A stretch of 62,939 nucleotides of DNA, counting the filler. It is 7 parts of 7 records of this genome, joined end to end, with 100 filler letters (N's around TTAATTAATTAA, not from the genome) between each part and the next. Parts side by side here need not be neighbours in the genome. Positions count along the whole stretch, not along the records: positions 1 to 9,958 come from SRR31156797_13667; 6 more parts are not named here. One strand, 5' to 3'. The stretch's first letter is position 1. Each line of letters starts with the position of its first letter. The translations under genes and the position numbers were made by a program. Below are positions 1-9,213 of the stretch, in pieces. The notes beneath the pieces are model-generated. The model was not told the origin of the DNA and did not search any database. It worked only from the letters and a program-made list of their open reading frames with translations.

Positions 1-1
1 C

Positions 2-1597
2 AAGGAAGGATACCCCGGCCGTCTTTACGCGGTTAACAATCGGGAAGAAGAAATACAGGGATATATGGCCTATGATAAGGTGACCGACATTCCCGACCAG
101 GTTGACCTTGTGGTGATTGTCGTGCCTCCGGAAATAGTGCCGTCGGTAATGGAAGATTGCGTGGCCAAAGGAGTCAGGGCTGCGGTCATAATCACCGCCG
201 GATTCGCAGAAGTTGGTCCTGAAGGGAAAGCCCTTCAGGACAAAGTCTGGGATATTGCCAATAAAGGAGGCATCCGGTTCGTCGGTCCCAATTGCATGGG
301 CATGTGGAGCGCTGCCGGGTCTTTGCCTGCATTTATGTTTCCCATGGCTATTAAAGACGGACCATTGGCCCTGATATCACAGGGAGGAAATATCGGCGGG
401 GCCCTGGTAGCGGATGCCATGGCCCGGGGCGTTGGCTACCGGTATTATGTGAGTTGCGGGTGCACCGCCGATATCCAGATAGAAGATTATATTGAATATC
501 TTGGAAATGACGATTCCGTCAAAATTATCCTTGTCTATATAGAAGGGCTCGGCGAGGCCAACCGTTTTGTTGAAAAAGTACGCCCGGTAACCGCTAAAAA
601 GCCGGTCGTCGTTCTTAAACCCGGTAAAACCGAAGCAGCGGCCAGGGCCATTTCCTCTCATTCAGGCGCCCTGTCAGGATCGGATCGGGTTTATGACGCC
701 GCTTTTAAAAAGGCAGGCGTAATCAGGACCGATACATCCGTGGAATTATTGGATGTGGCCATTGCCCTGATGACTCAGCCGCTCCCTCCGGGACGCAACG
801 TGGTTATAACCACCCCCGGCGGCAGCTACGGCGTCATGTGCGCGGAAGCCTGCGCCTTGAACGGCCTTAATGTCATAGACCTTCCCCCCGGCCCCATGGA
901 AGAGTTTAATAAAATGTTTCCTTCCCGGTGGAGCAGGGGCAATCCGGTCGACCCGGCCGGCGACCGCGATTTCGCCCAATATTTAAGAGCGCCCGAACTG
1001 CTCCTTCCCTGCCCTGAAGTCGACGCCCTGATATTCATGGGCTTTGGCTCCTTTTCTGCCCTGACTTCGGTGTTCGCCAGCGGTCGAAAAGATGTGGATA
1101 AGGACTCTTTCATGGCTTCATTGGGCAAGTTTACCGAATTCGCCGGGCCGGCCCTGGAAATAATCGAATCCGGAGACCAGTTACAAATCAAGGAAATCCT
1201 GAAAGCAGGACTCAAGGTGAGCTTTAAAAAAATAACGCTCTCCAGCCCCGAAGATACGGAAATTTTCCTCGACCTGCTCACGGAGGCATTGACTACCGAG
1301 GAAATGCTCGCCGGACCTTTTTTCGCCAAAATCAAGGAACTGCTCGCTCTCCTGGTAAAGGGAGAACTTGAAAATATTGCACTCGAAGACATAACCGGCT
1401 TGATGGATCCTATACTGGGGGCCTTAATCCAAAACTGGACCAAGAAATATAAAAAACCCGTAATCGCCACAACTTTTACAGAAGTCGCTTCAACGCTAAG
1501 CGACGAAGGACATTTTCCGTACCCTAACGCACAACGGGCCGCCAATGTTCTGGCCAAACTTGTCGAATACGGGGAATATAAAAATAAGTTGAATTAA
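2..1597 (+). CDS. ADP-forming acyl-CoA synthetase alpha subunit (CoA-binding + ligase domains), 5'-truncated
   Basis: Frame is open from base 2 (KEGYPGRLYAVN...). Motifs: GPNCMG, SQGG, phospho-His SHSGAL, NPVD. Long insertion in the C-terminal domain. Confidence 0.9.
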   Translation, partial: KEGYPGRLYAVNNREEEIQGYMAYDKVTDIPDQVDLVVIVVPPEIVPSVMEDCVAKGVRAAVIITAGFAEVGPEGKALQDKVWDIANKGGIRFVGPNCMGMWSAAGSLPAFMFPMAIKDGPLALISQGGNIGGALVADAMARGVGYRYYVSCGCTADIQIEDYIEYLGNDDSVKIILVYIEGLGEANRFVEKVRPVTAKKPVVVLKPGKTEAAARAISSHSGALSGSDRVYDAAFKKAGVIRTDTSVELLDVAIALMTQPLPPGRNVVITTPGGSYGVMCAEACALNGLNVIDLPPGPMEEFNKMFPSRWSRGNPVDPAGDRDFAQYLRAPELLLPCPEVDALIFMGFGSFSALTSVFASGRKDVDKDSFMASLGKFTEFAGPALEIIESGDQLQIKEILKAGLKVSFKKITLSSPEDTEIFLDLLTEALTTEEMLAGPFFAKIKELLALLVKGELENIALEDITGLMDPILGALIQNWTKKYKKPVIATTFTEVASTLSDEGHFPYPNAQRAANVLAKLVEYGEYKNKLN

Positions 1598-1644
1598 ATT
1601 CGAAACCGGAATTCCTCCCATAAAACAGGAGTTGTGTCAAGGAA

Positions 1645-3147
1645 ATGTCCACCAGCGGAAAAAGACCTGTAATCATAGGCGTGGGTCAGGCCGTAAACCG
1701 GCCCGGGGAAGGCTTTCATCCGACCCGGCCTGAAACAATTATTACAAAGGCTGTCAGACAAGCTGAAGAAGACTCGAGAATTAAAAGCCTCGCATCCAGG
1801 ATCGACGCCATGTGCCTGGTGAATTGCTTTTCCTGGCCGGCCGAAGATCCCGCATCAGAATTGGCGGGCATACTCGGGGCCTCGCCCGCTTTCAAGGCCT
1901 ATACCTGGGTCGGTGCGACCGCGCCCCAGTGGTTTGTTAATCAGACAGCCCAAAGGATTATCACGGGCGAGTCCCGCCTGGCTCTTATCTGCGGCGGCGA
2001 GGCCCTTTATTCCAGGAAAATGGCCGCGGATAAAAACAACCGAAAGAGCTTTCCCGATATACCGGTCAGAAAAGACTGGATGGCCGGGGATCTTAGGGAT
2101 CCCCTAACCGCCCTGGAGCTAAAATACGGGCTTATGCTGCCCATCAATATTTATCCCCTATATGAAAACGCCCTCAGATACAAAAAAGGCCTTTCACTTA
2201 CGGAACATCGGCAGGAGCTGGCCGACTTCTGCGCATCCATGTCCTCTATCGCTGCCTCCAATCCTTACTCGTGGTTCAGCGAACAAAAATCATCTGATGA
2301 AATCCTTGCGCCCGCCGGCGTCAACCGAATGGTTTCCTGGCCGTACACCAAGTTGATGTGCTCAATTATCGATGTGGACCAGGCCGCGGCTCTATTTATG
2401 ACAGACGAAAAAACAGCGGACGAACTCGGCGCGCCACAGGAAAACAGAGTATATTTATGCGGAGCCGGCGATGCATCAGGCGCCTGGTATGTTTCACATA
2501 AAAACAATTATTATTCATCTCCATCAGTAAAAATCGCAGCGGATTCAGCCCTCAGGGAAGCAAATACATCCCTGGATAAAATTGATTACCTGGATTATTA
2601 CAGTTGTTTCCCGGCTGCAACCAGAATTACGGCCGCCACTTTAGGACTTTTCCGGGATGACCGCCGAAACCTGACAGTTACCGGCGGCATGCCCTACTTT
2701 GGAGGCCCGGGCAACAATTATTCAATGCACGCCATCTGCCGCATGACGGAAATACTCCGTCGGGACCCGACAAAAACAGGCATGGTCCACGCCCTGAGTT
2801 GGTTTATCAGCAAACACTCCGTCGGCATTTACTCTGGCGCCCCCGCCTCGAACGAATGGATTCCCTTACCGGCGGAAGAAAACAATAAAAAAGACAATGC
2901 AACGCCCAGCCCGGAGTTAGCTGAAGAAGCAAGCGGTCCCGGCACGGTTGAAACATACACCCTTTTTCACGACCGTGAAGGAACGCCCAGAGATATCACC
3001 ATCATTGGAAGACTTAATAACAATAATAGATTCATCGCCAAATCTGAGGCGTCCGCTTCAACTCTGGAAAGTATAACCCGGGAAGAATTTATCGGAACTT
3101 CCGGCAGGCTGACCTGCCGGGATGGTATCAATTATTTTAACTGGTAA
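1645..3147 (+). CDS. Thiolase-like protein (acetyl-CoA acetyltransferase-like) with an extra C-terminal domain
   Basis: PVIIGVGQ start, DYYSCFP, TGGMPYFGGPGNNYSMH, SKHSVGIYS; C-terminal GTVETYT...IIGRL domain. Confidence 0.8.
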   Translation: MSTSGKRPVIIGVGQAVNRPGEGFHPTRPETIITKAVRQAEEDSRIKSLASRIDAMCLVNCFSWPAEDPASELAGILGASPAFKAYTWVGATAPQWFVNQTAQRIITGESRLALICGGEALYSRKMAADKNNRKSFPDIPVRKDWMAGDLRDPLTALELKYGLMLPINIYPLYENALRYKKGLSLTEHRQELADFCASMSSIAASNPYSWFSEQKSSDEILAPAGVNRMVSWPYTKLMCSIIDVDQAAALFMTDEKTADELGAPQENRVYLCGAGDASGAWYVSHKNNYYSSPSVKIAADSALREANTSLDKIDYLDYYSCFPAATRITAATLGLFRDDRRNLTVTGGMPYFGGPGNNYSMHAICRMTEILRRDPTKTGMVHALSWFISKHSVGIYSGAPASNEWIPLPAEENNKKDNATPSPELAEEASGPGTVETYTLFHDREGTPRDITIIGRLNNNNRFIAKSEASASTLESITREEFIGTSGRLTCRDGINYFNW

Positions 3148-3154
3148 CAATATT

Positions 3155-3820
3155 ATGGAAAAAAGCATCTCCTACAGGGAAATAAGATACAAGGAAAAAC
3201 GCCGTAAAATACTTGAAACAGCGGCCCGGCTCTTTGCCAATCGCGGGTACGAAAATGTTACCCTGGAAGAAATTGCCGCCAAACTGAAACTAACCAGGCC
3301 CGGTCTGTACTACTACATCAAAAGCAAGGAACAGATTTATTTTGAAATCCAGATGCAGGCGCTCGAACAGGGATTAAAAGCCGTCGAAGAAGTCATGGCC
3401 CAATCAACCGATCCGGTTGAAAGGCTGAGACACGCCATAATAAAACACGTGGATATCATCACCAAGGAACACATAGTCGGAACCTTCAGGCAAAAGGAAA
3501 TGCAACTGCCGCCCGAAATGATGAAGGAAGTCCTGGAGCGTCGGAACTACCTGGAAAACCAGTTTTTAAAATTGGTCGAAGACGGAGTTGAAAGCGGCGC
3601 CTATAAAGTCCGTCACGCGAAATTAGCCGTAAAAATGATTTTGGGGACCCTCAACACTATTCCCATGTGGTACTCGCCGCAAGGTGAATTGACTTCAGAT
3701 GAAATCGGCGAGTCCTTGGCCGAATTCATCCTTAAGGGGTTCGGTTGTGACAGCAAGAAACCAAAAAGCGTTCCTGAATCAACTCATTCAACTGATCATA
3801 AAGATGAATATTTTTCATAA
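3155..3820 (+). CDS. TetR/AcrR family transcriptional regulator (KstR2-like C-terminus)
   Basis: ILETAARLFANRGYENVTLEEIAAKLKLTRPGLYYYIKSKE HTH; WYSPQG C-terminal motif. ATG 3155 preferred over 3122, which overlaps the upstream gene. Confidence 0.9.
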   Translation: MEKSISYREIRYKEKRRKILETAARLFANRGYENVTLEEIAAKLKLTRPGLYYYIKSKEQIYFEIQMQALEQGLKAVEEVMAQSTDPVERLRHAIIKHVDIITKEHIVGTFRQKEMQLPPEMMKEVLERRNYLENQFLKLVEDGVESGAYKVRHAKLAVKMILGTLNTIPMWYSPQGELTSDEIGESLAEFILKGFGCDSKKPKSVPESTHSTDHKDEYFS

Positions 3821-3849
3821 ATAAATCTCATTTCTTCAGTGCGCGCATC

Positions 3850-3870
3850 CGTCCCGATTAATTCGGGACG
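3850..3870. repeat. Intergenic inverted repeat CGTCCCGA-TTAAT-TCGGGACG
   Basis: Perfect 8-bp arms read directly, just upstream of the AGGAGG RBS of the beta subunit. Confidence 0.6.
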
Positions 3871-3892
3871 CCGGAAAAACAGGAGGTGCAAT

Positions 3893-4585
3893 TTGAAATT
3901 GATAGCAGATGCCGTCAAGGCTGGTCGAAAAACCCTTTCCGAATACGAATCCAAACTGATCCTTAAGAAATACGGCATAAAAACATCGCCGGAAATCCAG
4001 GTCGATAATATCGGCGACCTTAAAAAGGCCGTCGAAGAAATCGGCTGCCCGCTTGTCCTGAAAGGATGCTCATCCGACCTTGCCCACAAAACCGAACAAA
4101 ACATGATCAGGCTCGACATTCGCAGCCTTGATGAAGCAACAGCAGCATTTGAGGACATCATGAAAAAGATGCCTGGTCAGGAAGCCGGCGTGCTGGTGCA
4201 AAAAATGATCAAAGGTCAAAGGGAGCTCATGGTGGGCATGACCAGGGACCCGCAGTTCGGACCCAGCGTCATGTTCGGCCTGGGCGGCATTTTCACTGAA
4301 ATACTCCGCGACGTCACTTTCAGAATTGCTCCGTTGGAAAAAGTAGACGCTCTTGAAATGATGCGGGAAATCAGGGGCGAAAAAATTCTGGACGCGGTCA
4401 GGGGAATGGAAGCCGCCGATCTCGATCAGTTGGCTGAAATTCTTATTTCTGTAGGTAAAATCGGACTTGAAAACGAAGAAATAATGGAAATTGACATTAA
4501 TCCGCTCATCATCAGCGGGTCGGAAAGCATAGCGGTTGACGCCCTGGTGGTTTTAGACGCCAAGGCGGCCAGGGAGGCGGCATGA
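3893..4585 (+). CDS. ADP-forming acyl-CoA synthetase beta subunit (ATP-grasp)
   Basis: LSEYESKLIL, AHKTE, RDPQFGPSVMFGLGGIFTE, EIDINPL. AGGAGG at 3881 precedes an in-frame TTG at 3893. Confidence 0.9.
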   Translation: MKLIADAVKAGRKTLSEYESKLILKKYGIKTSPEIQVDNIGDLKKAVEEIGCPLVLKGCSSDLAHKTEQNMIRLDIRSLDEATAAFEDIMKKMPGQEAGVLVQKMIKGQRELMVGMTRDPQFGPSVMFGLGGIFTEILRDVTFRIAPLEKVDALEMMREIRGEKILDAVRGMEAADLDQLAEILISVGKIGLENEEIMEIDINPLIISGSESIAVDALVVLDAKAAREAA

Positions 4586-5241
4586 TTAAAATAATAGGGC
4601 TCTGCGCCAGCAGGGTCAAAAACGGAAATATGGAAGCGCTTTTGGCGGAATCATTTGCCCATGCCAATGCGAAAGAAGACGTTGAAGCTGAAATTATCAA
4701 CCTGGTAGGCAAGAAAATAGGTCCGTGCATACATTGCAACTGGTGTTTGAAAAATCAGGAGCCGGGCAAACCCTGCGTCCAGGAAGACGATATGGGGCCC
4801 ATTTATTCAAAGCTGCTGGAAGCTGACGGCATAGTGGTGGCTTCGCCCGCGCACTTCGGGCGCCTCTCCGGCCTGGCCGCGGACATGATAGACCGGACCA
4901 GGGCCTTTATCCACGGTAATGTATATAAGTTTCCTCTTAAAAATAAAGTCGGCGGCGCCTTGACCGTGGCATTTTTCAGGGGCGCCGGATTTGAAACCAC
5001 GCTTTTCAGTATTGACCTGTTTTTCAAAATCCAGCAGATGGTTGCCGCCAACAGCGGCATGGTCATGCTGGGCGCCGGCGCTTACGCCAGCAGGGACGGA
5101 AAGGGTCAATTCGAAAAGGATACGCGCCACATGACCCTGGAAGACGATTTCGGCCTTCTGTCTTCCAAGCTGCTTATGGACAGGATAGTGGAATTGAGCC
5201 GAATCATGAAAGCCGGAACCAAAGCCCTGGCCGGGGAATAG
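4582..5241 (+). CDS. Iron-sulfur flavoprotein / flavodoxin-family NAD(P)H-dependent FMN reductase
   Basis: ASRVKNGN FMN loop, CIHCNWC...C cluster motif, ASPAHFG. ATGA overlap with the beta subunit. Confidence 0.85.
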   Translation: MIKIIGLCASRVKNGNMEALLAESFAHANAKEDVEAEIINLVGKKIGPCIHCNWCLKNQEPGKPCVQEDDMGPIYSKLLEADGIVVASPAHFGRLSGLAADMIDRTRAFIHGNVYKFPLKNKVGGALTVAFFRGAGFETTLFSIDLFFKIQQMVAANSGMVMLGAGAYASRDGKGQFEKDTRHMTLEDDFGLLSSKLLMDRIVELSRIMKAGTKALAGE

Positions 5242-5349
5242 ACGACCTGTCGCGACAGACCGAGGGACTTCAACCGGGCCAGACCGATCCGGAGGCGCAG
5301 CAATTATCAGGAATAAATCTACATTTGTATTCCAGCAGGGAGCTTGAAA

Positions 5350-6267
5350 ATGCATATAGGTGTTTTCGCCGATATAGAAGGCGCTTTCGGCATCTGGAGG
5401 ATGCGTCAGTGTAGAATGGGCGCCGAGGAATGGCAATACGGCCGGCACTGCCTGACCGCGGATGTCAACGCCGTCATTGCCGGTGCATTTGACGGAGGCG
5501 CGGATAAGGTCACGGTCAAGGACACCCACGAAGTGGGCTTTAATTGTATTATTAACAAACTTGATAAAAGGGCCGCCTACCTCGGCGGCCACTTTTCCGG
5601 CCCTACTTTTTTCGGCCCGGTCGATGACTACGACCTGATAATGTACGTGGCCATCCACGCGGCCTCTGGAACGGAACAAGCCTTTTTCCCACATACCCAC
5701 TATGGCGTTTTCGCCGAGCTTTCGATCAACGGCCGTAAAGTCAGTGAAATGGATGTGTACGGCGGATACCTGGGCGAATATGGAAAACCGGTTGGCTTCG
5801 TTTCCGGCGAAGCCGTCGCAATTGAACAGGCCCTTGACGCCCTTCCCTGGGCCAGGTCGGTCACTGTTGATAAAAACAGGGAAACATATATAGATGGTGA
5901 AGAAAGCCGGAAATACCTGGCCGAAGGTCGACAGCGCCTGCGGGATGAGGCCTGCGAGGCAGTAAAAAATATCAGTTCCATGAAACCTCTCGTCATGCAC
6001 GGCCCGCTTGAATTTGAAGCCGTGTTCCGAAACCGGAAACTGGCCGACCAATATAACACCTGGGATTTTCAACAGGACGGGCCAAAGGTCTCCTGGCGGG
6101 CCGATAATATGATTGAAGGATTTGATCTGCTTAACAAGCTGACGTTCTTCCCAAAGAAAGTATACCCGTTCAGAAAGCTCATGTTATTCACCATGAGAAA
6201 ATACTACTATGTCAAAAGCACTTATTTCGCTCCAAAACCTAATCCCGAAGGAGCCGCGCTGGTTTGA
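5350..6267 (+). CDS. M55 family (DppA-like) D-aminopeptidase / zinc amidohydrolase
   Basis: DIEG, DTH, IHAASG, HT, SE metal-ligand pattern of DppA. AGGGAG RBS precedes ATG 5350. Confidence 0.8.
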   Translation: MHIGVFADIEGAFGIWRMRQCRMGAEEWQYGRHCLTADVNAVIAGAFDGGADKVTVKDTHEVGFNCIINKLDKRAAYLGGHFSGPTFFGPVDDYDLIMYVAIHAASGTEQAFFPHTHYGVFAELSINGRKVSEMDVYGGYLGEYGKPVGFVSGEAVAIEQALDALPWARSVTVDKNRETYIDGEESRKYLAEGRQRLRDEACEAVKNISSMKPLVMHGPLEFEAVFRNRKLADQYNTWDFQQDGPKVSWRADNMIEGFDLLNKLTFFPKKVYPFRKLMLFTMRKYYYVKSTYFAPKPNPEGAALV

Positions 6268-6300
6268 CGCTCCACTGGCTTCTAACTGGAGAACTGTTAA

Positions 6301-7722
6301 ATGAATGATAATTTGGATGCATTCATAAATCCCGGATCGGTCGCCGTGATCGGCGCCACTGAAAGGCCGGGTTCCTGGGGTTCATTTATTATGAGTTGTC
6401 TGACCACGATGAACTACCAGGGCGGGATATACCCGGTTAATCCCCATGCTCAAAAAGTTTACGGAATCAAGGCCTATCAAAACATAGAAGATATCAGCGA
6501 ACCGGTCGACCTGGCCGTTCTGACCATCCCCTCGGAATATGTTGAACAGGCTGTCTCCGCCTGCGGCCGCAAAGGCGTTAAAGGTATAACCATTATAACC
6601 GCCGGGTACGGCGAAGTTTCATCAGAGGGAAAAAGCGGTCAGACCAGGATAGTTGAAATGGCCGCGTCACACGGCATGCGTGTGCTCGGCCCTAATGTCA
6701 GCGGCACTTTCAACCTGCACACCGGCTTTAACGCCTCTTCAACCCCGGGCGAAAAGCTTCTGCCCACGCCCGTGGCCGCGGTCTGCCAGGGCGGGTACGC
6801 CTTCTATGACATGCTTTCAACCGGGTGGGAAATTGGATACGGCGCTGGTTGGTTCATACACACAGGTAATGAATCCGATCTCACCATATCCGATTTTCTG
6901 CTTCACTTCTCACTTCAAGATGAAGTCAAGTCCATTTTAATGTATATCGAAGCCGTCCGGGACGGCGACCGGTTCAGGCAGGCCGCACGCCAGGCCGCTT
7001 CCCGAAAGCCCGTTATAATATACAAAGCCGGCCGAACTCCGGGGTCGGCCAGGGCGGCCAACAGCCATACCGGCGCCATGGCCGGAACCAGGGAAATCTA
7101 CCAGGGGCTCTTTTCACAACTCGGTTTGGTCATGTGTCCTTCCATGGAACTGCTGCTGCCGGTCTCTCACGCCATGATCGAACGTCCGCCCATGAAAGGT
7201 CTGCGCGTCGGCATCATCACGGTCGGCGGTTCCTGGGGCGTGTCATTGTCCGACGCTCTGGAAGAAAACGGGCTTGTTGTCCCGGAATTCAGCCTCGAAG
7301 TACAAGCAGAAATGAGACGCATCGGTATGCCGGAAAGGGCTTCCGTAAAAAACCCCGTGGACTTCGGCGCATCAGGCCTTTTCCTTTCCCTGGAAACTCC
7401 GGTCGAACTGGCCGAGGCCATGTTATCCTCAAATGAAGTCGACGCCCTGGTCGTCCATGGCATCGGCCGCCCGGGCATGCACGATGATACGACTCCCGAA
7501 GAAATGAAGTTTTTCCTGGAAATTGAAAAAAAACAGATAAAAGATATAAGCGCACTCGAAACGAAATATCAGAAGCCGATAATGATCGGCAGCCATTGCA
7601 CTCCCTGGCAAAGCCAGGTAGTTGCCGATCTCAACAGGGAAGGCTTCCGAATATACAACCGTCTTGACGACATTGCCAAAATTTTATTCTTAATGCGGGA
7701 GTATTGGAAAAATAATGACTGA
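6301..7722 (+). CDS. ADP-forming acyl-CoA synthetase alpha subunit
   Basis: PGSVAVIGAT, YPVNP, GPNVSG, SHTGAMAG phospho-His, NPVD. Confidence 0.9.
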   Translation: MNDNLDAFINPGSVAVIGATERPGSWGSFIMSCLTTMNYQGGIYPVNPHAQKVYGIKAYQNIEDISEPVDLAVLTIPSEYVEQAVSACGRKGVKGITIITAGYGEVSSEGKSGQTRIVEMAASHGMRVLGPNVSGTFNLHTGFNASSTPGEKLLPTPVAAVCQGGYAFYDMLSTGWEIGYGAGWFIHTGNESDLTISDFLLHFSLQDEVKSILMYIEAVRDGDRFRQAARQAASRKPVIIYKAGRTPGSARAANSHTGAMAGTREIYQGLFSQLGLVMCPSMELLLPVSHAMIERPPMKGLRVGIITVGGSWGVSLSDALEENGLVVPEFSLEVQAEMRRIGMPERASVKNPVDFGASGLFLSLETPVELAEAMLSSNEVDALVVHGIGRPGMHDDTTPEEMKFFLEIEKKQIKDISALETKYQKPIMIGSHCTPWQSQVVADLNREGFRIYNRLDDIAKILFLMREYWKNND

Positions 7723-9163
7723 TTTCGATTTATTGTTTAATCCAAGAAACATCGCCTTGATCGGAGCATCAGGTACGCCCGGAAAATGGGGCTTTATCAT
7801 ACTGCTCAACATTCTTAAATCCGATTACCAGGGAAAAGTATTTCCCGTAAATCCCAACCAGGATAAAGTACTTGGGCTCAAATGTTACAAAACCGTTGAA
7901 GACATACCGGAAAAAGTGGATGTGGCCTTCATCGCCACCCCGGCCCGGTTCGTCGCCCCACTAGTGGATGCTTGCGGCGGAGTTAAAATACCCTATCTGG
8001 TCGTAATTACCTCCGACTTCAGCGAAAGCGGGCCCGAAGGCGCGGCCCGGGAAAAGGAAATAGTCGAAAAAGCCGCCAAATACGGCATTCGTATAGTCGG
8101 ACCAAACACCATGGGCATATTCAGCTCGGATATGAAGCTGCATGCACTCATGCCCCCGGTTATGCCATTAGAAGGCCCTGTTTCAATGTTTTCCCAAAGC
8201 GGCAACATGGGAACCCAGATGCTGTTCTGGGGAAAAAGGGAAGGTCTTGGCTTTCAAAAATTCGTTTCCAGCGGCAACGAAGGCGATCTCGATTGCGAGG
8301 ACTACCTTGGCTATTTTGCTGAAGATGAAAAAACAAAGGTCATTATGGCCTATCTCGAAGGCGTCGGCGTCAATTCCAAACTATTATCAACAGCCAAAGC
8401 CGCTTCCGTAAAAAAACCCGTCGTCGTTTTCAAGGGAGGACGGACCAATGTCGGCCAGAAAGCAGCAGCCTCCCACAGCGGGGCCATGGCCGGTGAATCC
8501 GCCATCTATAGCGCTGCTTTTAAACAATCCGGCATGATTGAAGTTTCCTCAAGCCAGGAAATGATGGATTGCACCAAAGCCCTGGCCATCTACCCTCCCC
8601 CGCGCGGCAAGAACGTAGCCATTTTGACCAGGGGCGGCGGATGGGGCGTTATCACTGCTGATTCATGCGAGGAAAACGGGCTTTCCGTTCCAAGCCTGCC
8701 TGAAGATATAATTGAAAAGTTCAGCCAAATCCTGCCCAAATTCTGGAGCAAGGCCAATCCGGTGGACATGGTCGCCACCATAGCCCACAAACCATATATC
8801 ACCTGCCTGGAAACATTGGCCCAGTGGGAAGGCGTGGACAGCATAATCGCCCTGGGCGGCGGCGCCGGCATGGACTACGAATACGCCCAAAACCTGGAAG
8901 GTCCCAAGGAACTGCTGGATACACTGGCTTATATCGATAAAAGAAATAAGGAAAGGGACGGACAGCCGGACGTCATTTCCAGTTCCATAGGCGACCTTGT
9001 CAAAAAAACCGGTAAGCCGATCATTTTCGTAAGTATCGGCTCGGCGGAAATTCACAGCCGTCTTTTAAAGGAACATGATGTAGTCGCAGTGCCTACACCG
9101 GAACGCGCCGTAAGAATTCTGAAACTTATGGCCGATTACAACGATTTTCTGCAATCGGTTTAA
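7715..9163 (+). CDS. ADP-forming acyl-CoA synthetase alpha subunit
   Basis: PRNIALIGAS, FPVNP, GPNTMG, SQSG, SHSGAMAG, NPVD. Overlaps the previous gene by 8 bp. Confidence 0.9.
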   Translation: MTDFDLLFNPRNIALIGASGTPGKWGFIILLNILKSDYQGKVFPVNPNQDKVLGLKCYKTVEDIPEKVDVAFIATPARFVAPLVDACGGVKIPYLVVITSDFSESGPEGAAREKEIVEKAAKYGIRIVGPNTMGIFSSDMKLHALMPPVMPLEGPVSMFSQSGNMGTQMLFWGKREGLGFQKFVSSGNEGDLDCEDYLGYFAEDEKTKVIMAYLEGVGVNSKLLSTAKAASVKKPVVVFKGGRTNVGQKAAASHSGAMAGESAIYSAAFKQSGMIEVSSSQEMMDCTKALAIYPPPRGKNVAILTRGGGWGVITADSCEENGLSVPSLPEDIIEKFSQILPKFWSKANPVDMVATIAHKPYITCLETLAQWEGVDSIIALGGGAGMDYEYAQNLEGPKELLDTLAYIDKRNKERDGQPDVISSSIGDLVKKTGKPIIFVSIGSAEIHSRLLKEHDVVAVPTPERAVRILKLMADYNDFLQSV

Positions 9164-9167
9164 ACAC

Positions 9168-9200
9168 AAACCCGCCGGGAATCGCACCCGGCGGGTTTTT
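9168..9200. terminator. Intrinsic terminator between convergent genes, probably bidirectional
   Basis: AAACCCGCCGGG-aatcgca-CCCGGCGGGTTT followed by TT. Confidence 0.85.
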
Positions 9201-9213
9201 CATATCATGCGCC

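Noticed and set aside
4807-6072. 421-aa minus-strand ORF, and 826-1557 (-)
   Set aside because: Antisense shadows of well-supported plus-strand genes; no motifs.
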